From contig JBFWNW010000001.1 of the NCBI GenBank assembly GCA_050250855.1, positions 64,001-128,000 of the forward strand: a stretch of 64,000 nt of DNA. Direction: 5' to 3'. Numbering within the stretch: the first letter of the stretch is position 1; every line of letters begins with the position of its first letter. The DNA comes from Candidatus Babeliales bacterium. Its GTDB lineage: Bacteria > Babelota > Babeliae > Babelales > JACPOV01. This document shows positions 49,857 through 59,531 of this stretch, one piece after another. The notes under the pieces were generated by a model, which did not search any database, was not told where the DNA came from, and was given only the letters and a program-made list of their open reading frames with translations. A program made the position numbers and the translations under genes.

Positions 49857-50636
49857 TTATTCTTTTTTTGCCTTTTTTAAAATATATTCTTCAAATGGTA
49901 CAAGAGGAAGTTTTTCAGTACTCAGTTGATGAATGGTAATGTTGCCATCTTTACCTTCCATCGCTCTTTCTAAAAATGCTATATGATTAGGTTCGCTGGT
50001 TTCTGGCAATAAATGTTCAAAAAAATCAAGATGGATATAATCTTTTTTGGGAATATCCTTGGTAAGATGTTCTATCCATTTTTTTAAAGAATTTTTTTTA
50101 AGCCATATTAAAGAGTATGATTCAGTTAAGGTAGTTTGTGATTGAGGAATAGCGCATACAAGAAAAAAATTGTTCATATCAGGAGAAATATTAAAGGCAT
50201 GAATTTTTGCAAAAACATGTAAAAAATATTTAATATCTGGTTGTGGATGATCAAAAGGATCTATCGTTTCAAGCTCCAATTTAGTTTTTTTGTCATACAC
50301 CATAAAGCCTTGCATGGCTCCTGTGCCATAGATAAGTTCTTTTTTTAAAAGAAGAAGATGGTCTTTGCCAACACGAAATTTAAGCACACTGGGTTCAAAT
50401 AAATAGAAGGGTCCTTCAGCAACACAGCTTTTGTCTTCTTTTGCGTAAAGGCTGTTCTGCTCTAAATAATAATTTTCTTTTTCTGTGTAGCGAGCTCTGA
50501 TATCATTAGCTGCTGCAAGCAAAGCTATCTGAGCAGAAATATCTTTTTGTTCGAGTTCTTGAAAATAAGTAGTATCTAAACTCTTTTCACTTGCGCATGC
50601 TGTTGTTATGAATAGTAACATAAGAACAGCGATCAT
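49857..50636 (-). CDS. Secreted hypothetical protein (related to 54179-56747 genes)
   Basis: Signal; FNISPDMNNFFLV and W...DYIHLDFFEH motifs. Confidence 0.65.
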   Translation of the reverse strand: MIAVLMLLFITTACASEKSLDTTYFQELEQKDISAQIALLAAANDIRARYTEKENYYLEQNSLYAKEDKSCVAEGPFYLFEPSVLKFRVGKDHLLLLKKELIYGTGAMQGFMVYDKKTKLELETIDPFDHPQPDIKYFLHVFAKIHAFNISPDMNNFFLVCAIPQSQTTLTESYSLIWLKKNSLKKWIEHLTKDIPKKDYIHLDFFEHLLPETSEPNHIAFLERAMEGKDGNITIHQLSTEKLPLVPFEEYILKKAKKE

Positions 50637-50645
50637 AATTATTCC

Positions 50646-52172
50646 TTACGAATAAAAATTCCCGTGAAAATCAAAGGGTACTATATGCGGCAGGGTTGCA
50701 CGCGCAACCTCTTTCATAGTGTGTGCATTGAGTATAAGCAAGAATGATTGCTTTTTGCAACTATCTAATACAACGCTCAAAAGAACGCCGTCATCTTCAA
50801 GAGAACTGTTGGGCCTTGGCACAAAAATTGCTTCGCTGACAAAACAATCTTGTGCATGCCACGTGATTTGTTGTTTTGTTTGAGGATTATATTTCACGAT
50901 GGCATCTTGGTCTAGAGTAATGCCATAGATATATGAATATGATTTTCCTAGATACTGTTCATTAATACGAGGAGATTCAAAAATAACGTTATTGTTATGT
51001 ATATGCACATTTTTTGTTGCTGTATCGATATGTATTCTTTTAAAGTGAGCACCGTTAGTTGGTTGAGGATATTGCTTCATAATGTTCATTTTTTGGCCGT
51101 ATACAGCATGATAATCGGTATAGGCTGTCATATCTATGTAGAGATTATTTTCTTGCTCAAAGCAGTTTGCTATGTGGAAAAAGAAAAATGGTTCAACAGC
51201 ATAGGTGCCAACTTTTTTGCCATTGTGACGATTAATGATTATAAGTTCTGTTTTATTTTCTGGTTTCCAAACAAAATTATCAATAAATGCTTTGTTTGAG
51301 AACATAAGATCCATAGGGTTTACCACAAAAGGAATTACAACCATGATGATGTATTGATCTGTCATGCCAAAGCTGTGAATATAGGAAGGATATTTTGTTG
51401 TTAGTGAGCAGATTGTTGTGCGGCTGTAGCTGCCAGGTTCTAATTTGTAAATATGATAATTACTCGTGTTGCCGTATTGCGTCAGAATATTAAAAGTTTC
51501 GCCTGTTTTTTGATCTGTCAGTGGATGTGCTGTGCACAAATGGCCATCAAGTTTATCTTGAAATATAACTTTTTTTGAATCTAATGTTGCAAGATTAAAT
51601 GCTTTGTAGTAAGGAGTTTCGGTAATAGCGACAAATTCATTACCAACTTTGCTTACATTAATATTAGCATTGTCATAGATAGGGGCTTTGGTAAAAAGTT
51701 TACCAACAGCAGAAAGCCATGAACTTTTTTCACGCTCCTGAAAGGTGTTTGGTAAAGAACCACGTTTGAGCGCTTTGGTGCGATATTTTGTTTCAATAAA
51801 TTTATTTGCATAGGAAATAGTACCGTTACAGAAACTGAATTTATGTACCATGCCAAAACCGTCAAAAAAGTTACCAAAAGATTTTCCATTGAGGTCAAAC
51901 TGTCCTGGCCCCATACGCAAGAGCGTACCATTAAGCCAAGAAGGCATAGTCCCTTGGATGGTAAGATTATTAAGAACAACCTCTTGGGTTAGTGAGGTAA
52001 AGCCTAAGTTTCTTTGTGCTGCAGTAGCCTGGGAATTTGCCGGCTCTTGGTAAAATTGGTGAGCCTGTGCGCTAGGAGATTGGGGTTTAATGCTTTGTTT
52101 GCTGCCAAGAAAGTAATAGGCCATAAGAGCACTGCTGAGGGCAACGGCTATCAGGGTAAAACGTATTTTCAT
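50646..52172 (-). CDS. Carotenoid cleavage oxygenase (RPE65/LSD family), N-terminal signal/anchor
   Basis: G..PSWLNGTLLR.GPG, FDGFG, four His (TAHP, YIHSF, FFH, FHGNF), ESPRIN, SEAIFVP, EDDG. Confidence 0.92.
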   Translation of the reverse strand: MKIRFTLIAVALSSALMAYYFLGSKQSIKPQSPSAQAHQFYQEPANSQATAAQRNLGFTSLTQEVVLNNLTIQGTMPSWLNGTLLRMGPGQFDLNGKSFGNFFDGFGMVHKFSFCNGTISYANKFIETKYRTKALKRGSLPNTFQEREKSSWLSAVGKLFTKAPIYDNANINVSKVGNEFVAITETPYYKAFNLATLDSKKVIFQDKLDGHLCTAHPLTDQKTGETFNILTQYGNTSNYHIYKLEPGSYSRTTICSLTTKYPSYIHSFGMTDQYIIMVVIPFVVNPMDLMFSNKAFIDNFVWKPENKTELIIINRHNGKKVGTYAVEPFFFFHIANCFEQENNLYIDMTAYTDYHAVYGQKMNIMKQYPQPTNGAHFKRIHIDTATKNVHIHNNNVIFESPRINEQYLGKSYSYIYGITLDQDAIVKYNPQTKQQITWHAQDCFVSEAIFVPRPNSSLEDDGVLLSVVLDSCKKQSFLLILNAHTMKEVARATLPHIVPFDFHGNFYS

Positions 52173-52300
52173 TGATACTCCAAAAAGTTACTAATATTTT
52201 AAAAATGTACCATAAATAGATAAAAATGTCTAATTTTTACAAACTGAAATATTGCTTTGGTTGCCCCAGGTATGGTACTCTAAAGCAAAGGAGCGTAGTA

Positions 52301-52822
52301 ATGAAGAAGTTTATACTAGGTTTTTTAATAGCACTTTTTGCCGTTTTGGGACTTAAGGCCGTTCTGACGACCCATGTCCCCATAGAGGCATATTGGCCTA
52401 AAAGGCCTGAAGAGCCGGGGTATAAAGAACATACCCAAGCTCACGAGCATTTTTTGGGGGGTTTTGAGCGCAAGGGTGACGCTGCTTTGGAGTATGCGGC
52501 ATATCAAGGGTATGCGCCAGCTCAAAGGAAATTAGCCGATATCTATTTGCATAGAAAAAATATGCCACGCTTGGCGCTTAAATATTATACGTTAGCAGCA
52601 GATCAAGGTGATGTTATTGCTATGAAATCTCTTGCGGATTTATATTACGAAGATAAAAATTTTTCTAAAGCACTTGAATATTATGAAAAGCTTGCACCGC
52701 AATATCCTTCAATTTGGCAGCGTATTGCCGAGCTTCATTCAAAATTAGGTAATACCAAAAAGGCAGCAGAGGCTTTTACAAAGTTTGATGAAGTGCATAC
52801 GCATTATCATTGGCATAGATAA
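52301..52822 (+). CDS. Secreted Sel1/TPR repeat protein
   Basis: AAYQGYAPAQ..LA, YYTLAADQGD..AM..LA; AGGAG RBS. Confidence 0.85.
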   Translation: MKKFILGFLIALFAVLGLKAVLTTHVPIEAYWPKRPEEPGYKEHTQAHEHFLGGFERKGDAALEYAAYQGYAPAQRKLADIYLHRKNMPRLALKYYTLAADQGDVIAMKSLADLYYEDKNFSKALEYYEKLAPQYPSIWQRIAELHSKLGNTKKAAEAFTKFDEVHTHYHWHR

Positions 52823-52869
52823 TTTATCGTAAATTTTGCCTAAGAAAAATATATCTAAAGTTATACATC

Positions 52870-53129
52870 CCGTTCGTGGTGAGGGTTTTTCGAAGAAAAA
52901 TGTCTCGAACCATTCGAACTCAAAATTTAAAAATTTATATATTTTTTTAGGATTCCGTATGGTTTCCAGCCTTCGTCAAGACTTCGGCGGACAGGCCAAT
53001 TAACTCCCCCCGATCACCCCGAGTGCCGAGCTCTGCTCGGTGTATCGAGGGGCACGAACGGAATTAAAATAATTCTTAATAATTGATTGGTTTATGGTTA
53101 TTAAAAATCCTTAGATCGAGTTTACGTTA
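52870..53129. repeat. Empty cassette copy with replaced right-arm interior and outer tail motif
   Basis: CCGTTCGTGGTGAG at 52870, CACGAACGG ending 53061, tail TAAAAATCCTTAGATCGAGTTTACGTTA matching 29644-29671. Confidence 0.85.
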
Positions 53130-53131
53130 GT

Positions 53132-53740
53132 TTATGCAATCAGAATGGTAAATGCAGTAATCAAAGCAGATAGAATAAGAGCAAACCCAAAGAGTGTGTT
53201 TAGTTTCCGTAATGTTTCTGGCAGCAGCGTAATTTTATAAAATTCTGTGATGAATGCTAAAACAAACCACCATGATGATGAACCAATAAAAACCCCAAGA
53301 ACCGGTGCAAAAAATGAAAAAAGTCCCCCTTGAATAGTAATGCCAAGCATAGCAAAGATTGCAATGAATGAGATAATGAGCGTTGGATTAGCCAACGTTA
53401 ACAATAAAGTAGAAATATATGCTTGTGGTAGATCGCGTGACCAACTTGGTAGAGGACGTGGCGGTTTTGAAAAGATAATTTTTAAACCAAGGAGAGCAAA
53501 AAAGAGTGCAGCTCCTATACGAATTGCAACAGTATGTTCAACTAAAAAGGTGTAGAAAAATCCAAGACTCGTTAAAGCAAGGGATGAATAAAGAATGTCA
53601 GCACTCGAAGAGCCAAGCCCCGAAGCCAAGCCCATAAGTGCACCTTGAGAAAGCATTCTGCGCAAGCAGATAATGCCAATTGGTCCTACAGGAAAAGAGA
53701 TGCATGCTCCCGCTAAAATTCCTTTTAAAAAATTGATCAT
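53132..53740 (-). CDS. LysE family translocator
   Basis: PVGPIG, GLG...AD, LTLANP, GVFIGS..WW. Confidence 0.9.
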   Translation of the reverse strand: MINFLKGILAGACISFPVGPIGIICLRRMLSQGALMGLASGLGSSSADILYSSLALTSLGFFYTFLVEHTVAIRIGAALFFALLGLKIIFSKPPRPLPSWSRDLPQAYISTLLLTLANPTLIISFIAIFAMLGITIQGGLFSFFAPVLGVFIGSSSWWFVLAFITEFYKITLLPETLRKLNTLFGFALILSALITAFTILIA

Positions 53741-53752
53741 GGCTTTTTACTT

Positions 53753-54142
53753 TTACTCCGCTGGTTGGTTTATATAAAAAAGATTGCCATATAAATCTTT
53801 AATCGTAAATCCTGTTCCCCAATCTTCTGTTTTTGGCTCACTTACTATGATAACGCCTGCATCTTTGAACGCTTGAAATGTTTTATGTGCGTCATCAGTT
53901 TCCAAGCAACCTATGCCAAAATTGCCACCTTGTTTACCAATTTGTTCAAAACCTTCTTGCGTTTCTGGTTTTAAAAGGCAAAATTCCATAGTTTTATTGC
54001 CCTGAGGGTTTACGGTCAGCCAACGCATAGTACCAAAATTTGCATCAGTATGCAGTTCAAAACCAAGTTTTTTGGTATAAAATTGTAATGCTTCTTCTTG
54101 ATCTTTTACTAAAATGGTAATATGAGTAAGTTTTTTAATCAT
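53753..54142 (-). CDS. VOC/glyoxalase family protein
   Basis: V.DQEEAL.FYT.KLGF, RWLTV, EDWG...KDLYGN. Confidence 0.9.
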   Translation of the reverse strand: MIKKLTHITILVKDQEEALQFYTKKLGFELHTDANFGTMRWLTVNPQGNKTMEFCLLKPETQEGFEQIGKQGGNFGIGCLETDDAHKTFQAFKDAGVIIVSEPKTEDWGTGFTIKDLYGNLFYINQPAE

Positions 54143-54178
54143 GGAGCCCCTTTGCTGTTTTCAAGTTAGCATGAGTAC

Positions 54179-54958
54179 GTGATTATTAGTATAGCACAAG
54201 TAAAAAAAAATAATATGATTAAAGGTGAAGATGTGGATTTTCTTAGTGCTTCAGTTTCGTTGCTTATGGGATTATTTCTTTCGTCTAAACCTACTTCTGT
54301 TACGTTAACCCAGGTATTAAAAGAACATATTAACGAACAAAGCATTGTGGAAAAAATTATGTTTATGAACGAGCTCAATGCTATCAAAGATGAATATGCT
54401 CAAAAACAAGAAATTTTTTATAGAGAAGATACTGCTGTCTATAAAAACCAACAATCTTTTTGGTCTTTACCGGTAAAAGTGTTGCAAGGAAAAAAAACTT
54501 GGTGGCTCGATGTTTACTTTTATACTATCCCCGCATGTAATATTAATAAAGATATGGTCATTGCTCTTGAAAAAAAAATAATAAAACTAACTGGAGATGA
54601 TTATATCTATGCAAAACGGTTATTAATAAGTAAAGAAGGAAAGAGTGAGCCTTTTGATTATATAGATTTTATGTATTATCAAGATAATGTACATGCTGAA
54701 GATGACCCAGAGATTTTTCCCTTTACAGTCTCAATTGATGGCAAACAGGTTTTTTATGTAAAAACAGTAGCTCATGAAAAAAGAAGGCAGCTGTCCTGGC
54801 GTAAAAAAGAGAATAATACTTGGTTAAAATATCAGCGGTTTTATTTACCGCATGATGATGAATATGTTGATATAACTTTTATGGAACATTGCAATAAAAT
54901 TGTTCTTTTAAAAAAAGATGAAAGCTTTAAACTGATTGCATTGGATGAACCTGAGTAA
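54179..54958 (+). CDS. Hypothetical protein (VS.D..VF.V family)
   Basis: C-terminal motifs shared with 49857, 55016 and 55912 genes; start uncertain. Confidence 0.6.
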   Translation: MIISIAQVKKNNMIKGEDVDFLSASVSLLMGLFLSSKPTSVTLTQVLKEHINEQSIVEKIMFMNELNAIKDEYAQKQEIFYREDTAVYKNQQSFWSLPVKVLQGKKTWWLDVYFYTIPACNINKDMVIALEKKIIKLTGDDYIYAKRLLISKEGKSEPFDYIDFMYYQDNVHAEDDPEIFPFTVSIDGKQVFYVKTVAHEKRRQLSWRKKENNTWLKYQRFYLPHDDEYVDITFMEHCNKIVLLKKDESFKLIALDEPE

Positions 54959-55015
54959 ATTTCTACAAAAATTTTAAAAAGCCGAGGGTGCTATAGAAAA
55001 ATATTATTTATTATT

Positions 55016-55909
55016 ATGGTGGTTATGAAAAGGTATAAGCTGTTTATGCTCAGTATCCTTTTTTTTGAATGCTCTGCAGGTGGCATATTGAGTATATGTA
55101 CGGGAGCTTCAAGTCAAAATGCTCAAGCATATACAGAATCTATTTTTAGCTTACTACCACCCCCTATCAAAAATATAATTCTTATGTACATCTATGATGG
55201 CGAGCTTCGTGAGCGCGTACGTAGGAATAAAGATTATTATGTAGAAAGACAGTTAACCAGTAAGCAGCAGCATCTTTCAGAGCGATTTTTTTTACCAAAA
55301 ACGGTATCATATGGCTATCAAAATAAAAAGGAACGTGGTTTTTTTCCCAAAATTGAATCTCTTGCCTTAGTTGGCTGGGCAAAGCCGTATGATGTAAAAA
55401 TAATTAAGCATAAAGAATCTGATCCATCTATTTATTTAGATTATTATGAATCATCTAATAAATATGGATCTCTTTTTGGCGCTAATTATGGTACAAAAAA
55501 AGAAAAAATTAATCTTGAAGAATTGATAAAAACTTTCAGTTGTACCATGAAGCAACTGCAAGCAATAACTATTTCGCGCGATAAAAATAGCTTGTTTATT
55601 GTGTCTGATACAAAGAAAGAAGAACATCAGGAATATACTACCTTGTACATAGCGCACAGAGGAAACAATAAAGAGAGCTCTGTATGGAGCATTAAGCAGA
55701 TGGTGCATGTTCCTGTACCAAGTGATAGGTATACCGGTATTATGTATTTTGAGGAATTTGAAAATATTGGTTTATTGCATAGTGATGAAAAAACAGTTAC
55801 AGAAATTCCTTTGCTTGATAAACCAGTTGATATGAATAATCAAGATTTGCTTGCAAAGTTTTTGCATAAAAAAGGTGTATGTAAAGATCCGTTTGGCAAA
55901 AAGGAATAA
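55016..55909 (+). CDS. Secreted hypothetical protein with F-box-like N-terminal helix
   Basis: Signal; IFSLLPPPIKNIILMYI; paralogue of the next gene. Confidence 0.7.
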   Translation: MVVMKRYKLFMLSILFFECSAGGILSICTGASSQNAQAYTESIFSLLPPPIKNIILMYIYDGELRERVRRNKDYYVERQLTSKQQHLSERFFLPKTVSYGYQNKKERGFFPKIESLALVGWAKPYDVKIIKHKESDPSIYLDYYESSNKYGSLFGANYGTKKEKINLEELIKTFSCTMKQLQAITISRDKNSLFIVSDTKKEEHQEYTTLYIAHRGNNKESSVWSIKQMVHVPVPSDRYTGIMYFEEFENIGLLHSDEKTVTEIPLLDKPVDMNNQDLLAKFLHKKGVCKDPFGKKE

Positions 55910-55911
55910 GA

Positions 55912-56747
55912 ATGAAGTTTAATAGCGCATTGTTAATGCTCCTTTGTTTTTTTACAAGTTATGCTGGCATTGGAAATAGTACTTTACAAAAAAAAGATCC
56001 TTATAATGAATCTATTTTTAGTACGTTGCCTATTTCTATCAGAAACAGGATTGCTTACTTTTGTTATTGCAATGAACTCAAGGAGCGGGCTCGTAAAAAA
56101 AATGACTATAAAGTTTATTCTATTTTTTTCAAAAAAAGAAGTCCTGAACCATTTGACTATATGTATTTAATTAAGGACCGGTTTACCGAGCAGCAATTAT
56201 CAGAAAACTATCCTATTAAAAAATATATTAAGAGCGAAAAAAAACTAATAGATTGTCCAAAAATTATTTTAGTTAGTCTTGTTGGTTGGTGGATAGATGT
56301 TGGAAGAACAAAATTAATTAGTGCTCAAGTATCATCGATAAAAGAGCAACGAGATCTTTGTATAGATTATGGTCGATATAAGAAGGCGGATATTATACCA
56401 GTTGAGGAGGTGCTGAAAGATTTTAAAGTTACTATGTCGCGGGTGCGGGCAGCAACAGTGTCGCGAGACAGAAAGCGTCTCTTTGTTGTAGCAAGAAAAT
56501 CTATTGAAGATCTTACCTTGTATGGAATGAAAAAGACAAAAGACGAGAAACAAAAAGAAGAATGGCATCTTGAATCTATAAAACCATGCCCTCTGCTTAT
56601 TAATGATTCCTATATTGATAGTATGTATTTTGGGGAATTTAAGTCTATGGCTTATTGCATAAAGATGGCATAACAGTTACCGATATTTCTTATTTATTTG
56701 CGAAGTTTTTGCACAAAAAAGCTGTATGCAAAGATCCATTTAAATGA
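55912..56747 (+). pseudogene. Paralogue of 55016-55909 with 1-nt frameshift near 56648
   Basis: Shifted frame continues GLLHKDGITVTDI...FAKFLHKKAVCKDPFK*, matching GLLHSDEKTVTEI...LAKFLHKKGVCKDPF of the paralogue. Confidence 0.8.
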
Positions 56748-56749
56748 AA

Positions 56750-56980
56750 TTATTCTTCATCACTTTTTTGTATTGTATTGTCATGAATCTCGGAAAGAGT
56801 ACGCTCTATTGAAAATTTTTTGCGAATATCAAGATAAACTTTTATGTTAAGAACTGATTCGGTTCCAATTTTTTCTAATGTTTCTAAACTAGCAGGAATA
56901 AAAGGACACAGATCATTTGCCAAGGAATTTTTAACAGTAATAGAGCAAAATAACAAGAATAATGCTGCAATTTTGAACAT
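56750..56980 (-). CDS. Small secreted hypothetical protein
   Basis: MFKIAALFLLF signal-like start with AGGA RBS. Confidence 0.4.
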   Translation of the reverse strand: MFKIAALFLLFCSITVKNSLANDLCPFIPASLETLEKIGTESVLNIKVYLDIRKKFSIERTLSEIHDNTIQKSDEE

Positions 56981-56990
56981 AACAATTCCT

Positions 56991-58214
56991 TTAGGTATTA
57001 TTTTCATTACTTTTATCAATAATATGGTAACAATTTCTTTGTAAGCGATTAAGATACTCTCTTAACTGTTGTTCTTCTTGCTTTGAAAAGCCTTCTAAAA
57101 TTTTTTGTTCTATGGCTTCTTTGGTGGGCCAGATTTGTGCAAGAAACAGTTCACCTTGTGCAGTAAGGGTAATGCCAGCATCTTTTTTTTCTATGAGTTT
57201 TTTTTCAAGAAGAGGTAGCAAGAACTCTTCTAGCTCTTTGCCAAATAAGGCAGTATCTTTGCTAATCTGTTCTGTGCTTATCACTTCATCGCACTTTAAA
57301 ATCATAAGAAGAATTATATGCAATCCAGAAAGATTGGTAATCGCTTTGATTGCTTTATCAAATGCTTGCTGAATGAGCTTTCCAGTAACGTTAATTTCAC
57401 GGCCAAGAGATGCTTGAATCTGTTTTTTTAACATAGTTAAAACCAATTTTAGTTTAAGTTCATAAAGTGAAATACCTGCGGCAATTCCTACATTTAATGA
57501 TTCTATACTACTGCTCATAGGAATTTGAATCAATGCATCTGCATTGTTTTCAATATCGGTAGAAATTCCTGCAGTTTCATTACCCACAACAAGCGCTATT
57601 GGCTTTTCTGGCAGCTCTAGATGAGCTTGTAACTGTGGTGCATGCGGGCTTGTTGCTATAACAAAATATCCTTTTTTATGTAGCTCTTGTATGGTTTGTA
57701 AAGGATTTTCAAAGCTTTGCCATTGCAAAGAAAATACCGTGCCGCGTGATGCATCAACCGTTTTGCGTGCAAAAATATCACTATCTTTTTGTGTGCAAAC
57801 AAGCGTGGTAATGCCAAATGCTTGTGCGGTGCGAGCAATAGTGCCAATATTTCCAGGATCAACAACATTATCAAGTACAACGATAAAATCATTATAAGCA
57901 GGTTTTTGATTCGTGCAGTGAACAATGGCAACAAGAGGAATGACGTAATTTTTTTCGGTCATTTTTTTCATAATGCCATCAGAGATGCGATAACAGGGAA
58001 TATTGTTTTCAAGGTAATTTTGTAATTGTGCATCGGGCACTAATGATGTTGCAAAGATTGCTTCTATGGGATTACTACTTTTTTGTGCCCATGCAATTGC
58101 TTGTGCATCATAAACTAAACATGCATTGGCTGCAGTACGATTTTTTAACGAGGTTAATGCACGCGCACGTTCAACAAGTTCATGTTTGATGGATGTTATT
58201 TCTTGAATGTTCAT
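56991..58214 (-). CDS. TrmH/SpoU RNA methyltransferase fused to C-terminal MarR-like domain
   Basis: LDNVVDPGNIGTIART, ALVVGNE..G, IPM...ESLNVG; then about 145 aa with ITLTAQG...ILEGFSKQEEQQLREYLNRL. Confidence 0.85.
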   Translation of the reverse strand: MNIQEITSIKHELVERARALTSLKNRTAANACLVYDAQAIAWAQKSSNPIEAIFATSLVPDAQLQNYLENNIPCYRISDGIMKKMTEKNYVIPLVAIVHCTNQKPAYNDFIVVLDNVVDPGNIGTIARTAQAFGITTLVCTQKDSDIFARKTVDASRGTVFSLQWQSFENPLQTIQELHKKGYFVIATSPHAPQLQAHLELPEKPIALVVGNETAGISTDIENNADALIQIPMSSSIESLNVGIAAGISLYELKLKLVLTMLKKQIQASLGREINVTGKLIQQAFDKAIKAITNLSGLHIILLMILKCDEVISTEQISKDTALFGKELEEFLLPLLEKKLIEKKDAGITLTAQGELFLAQIWPTKEAIEQKILEGFSKQEEQQLREYLNRLQRNCYHIIDKSNENNT

Positions 58215-58855
58215 TTTTTTACCGCAATAATATCAAACGTATCATTATCTTTTTTTAAGTAATGAATAAAAAGTGGTTTTAATAGTTTATTAATTTGTTC
58301 TTCGGATAAAAAGGTCATGGATTGCATCATTGATGCAGAAAAATTTTTATTTTCTAGAGGAAACAAGTTTGCTATCAGAATACTACCAGGCTTTAAATGT
58401 TCAATAATCTGGTACCAAAGCTGAGTAAAAATTTCTGGTTTAACAAATGGTAATGAATAACTAGCTATAATTAAATCAAAGGTTGGTAAACTATGCCAAT
58501 CAATGCTTTCAAAATCTGTTTGAAGAAAAAAGAGATTTTTGCTGAGATTTTCTTTTTGTGCTTGTTCTTCAATTATTTTTCTTGATTTTTTTTGAGCATC
58601 AATCGCATATACTTTCCAGCCACGATCAAGCAAATAAAATGTTTCATGCCCGTTGCCTGCACCTAAATCCAGAGCAATACCAACTGAAGGTTGTAAACCA
58701 CTGAATGCTTTGAGCAACAAGGGTCTTACAGCGGCATCTTTATGTTCTTGATAATATTTTTTCCATGATGGCTTGCGATAGTAAAAATGATAGATGATGA
58801 AAAAAGTTGCAAGAGATACAAGAAGAATTACGATTGAAACTTGATATTTTTTCAT
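58211..58855 (-). CDS. Class I SAM methyltransferase (TehB-like) with N-terminal membrane anchor
   Basis: ALDLGAGNG, GWKVYAID, SYSLPF, LKPG. Confidence 0.85.
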   Translation of the reverse strand: MKKYQVSIVILLVSLATFFIIYHFYYRKPSWKKYYQEHKDAAVRPLLLKAFSGLQPSVGIALDLGAGNGHETFYLLDRGWKVYAIDAQKKSRKIIEEQAQKENLSKNLFFLQTDFESIDWHSLPTFDLIIASYSLPFVKPEIFTQLWYQIIEHLKPGSILIANLFPLENKNFSASMMQSMTFLSEEQINKLLKPLFIHYLKKDNDTFDIIAVKK

Positions 58856-58887
58856 ACTTGTGCTTTTTTCAAAGCCTTTAAAAAAAT

Positions 58888-59114
58888 GGCCGCGCCATAC
58901 AGCCTTCGCATAAAGCTACGGCGTACACGGGCCGAAGCCTGTCCGTTTTCACTTCGTTTCGATGTGACATCACGCCATAGCTATTAGGTCTTGCCCTACT
59001 ACGCCAAGGCTTCGAAGGGCATACTTCGCATTTTTCAATCAGAACCATTTTTCTTTTTTATTAATTATCCGATAAAGAAGCTGGCCTGCCATACGTAGCT
59101 TTAGCGAAGTATGG
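58888..59114. repeat. Cluster of CTWCG..CTWCG hairpin repeats downstream of the tRNA cluster
   Basis: GCCTTCGCATAAAGCTACGGC, CCCTACTACGCCAAGGCTTCGAAGGG (58994-59019), CCATACGTAGCTTTAGCGAAGTATGG. Confidence 0.75.
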
Positions 59115-59202
59115 AGGAGAGGGTGGGATTCGAACCCACGAGCCGCTCATCACGGCTAACGGTTTTCAAGACCGCCGCATTCGACCGCTCTGCCACCTCT
59201 CC
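59112..59202 (-). tRNA. tRNA-Ser(TGA)
   Basis: GGAGAGG acceptor, anticodon loop CTTGAAA, long variable arm, GTTCGAATCC, encoded CCA. Confidence 0.95.
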
Positions 59203-59271
59203 AGGAATGTATCTAAAGTTTGCCGAGCCTGAAAAAGACTGGCCGCGCCATACGAAGCTTTTAGCGAAGTA

Positions 59272-59348
59272 TGGTGCGCCTGAAAGGAGTCGAACCCTTA
59301 ACCTTCAGATCCGTAGTCTGACGCTCTATCCAATTGAGCTACAGGCGC
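59272..59348 (-). tRNA. tRNA-Arg(ACG)
   Basis: GCGCCTG acceptor, TAGCTCAATTGGATAGAGC D-arm, loop CTACGGA, GTTCGACTCC, CCA. Confidence 0.95.
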
Positions 59349-59531
59349 ATCAAATTTTTTAACTATTTCAACTATTTTATAGAGAACTTAGTTTATTTCA
59401 AAATTTTTATTTTAACAAGCACAAATTACAGATGAAGACCTTTATGAGCGAAGTAAATTAAGTCGATTCATGCATAGCCTGGCTGTGCCGGCCGAAGTTT
59501 GCCGAGCCTGAAGGCCCGGATAAACGTAGGC

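Noticed and set aside
59111..59362. 83-aa ORF MEERVGFEPT
   Set aside because: Antisense translation of tRNA genes
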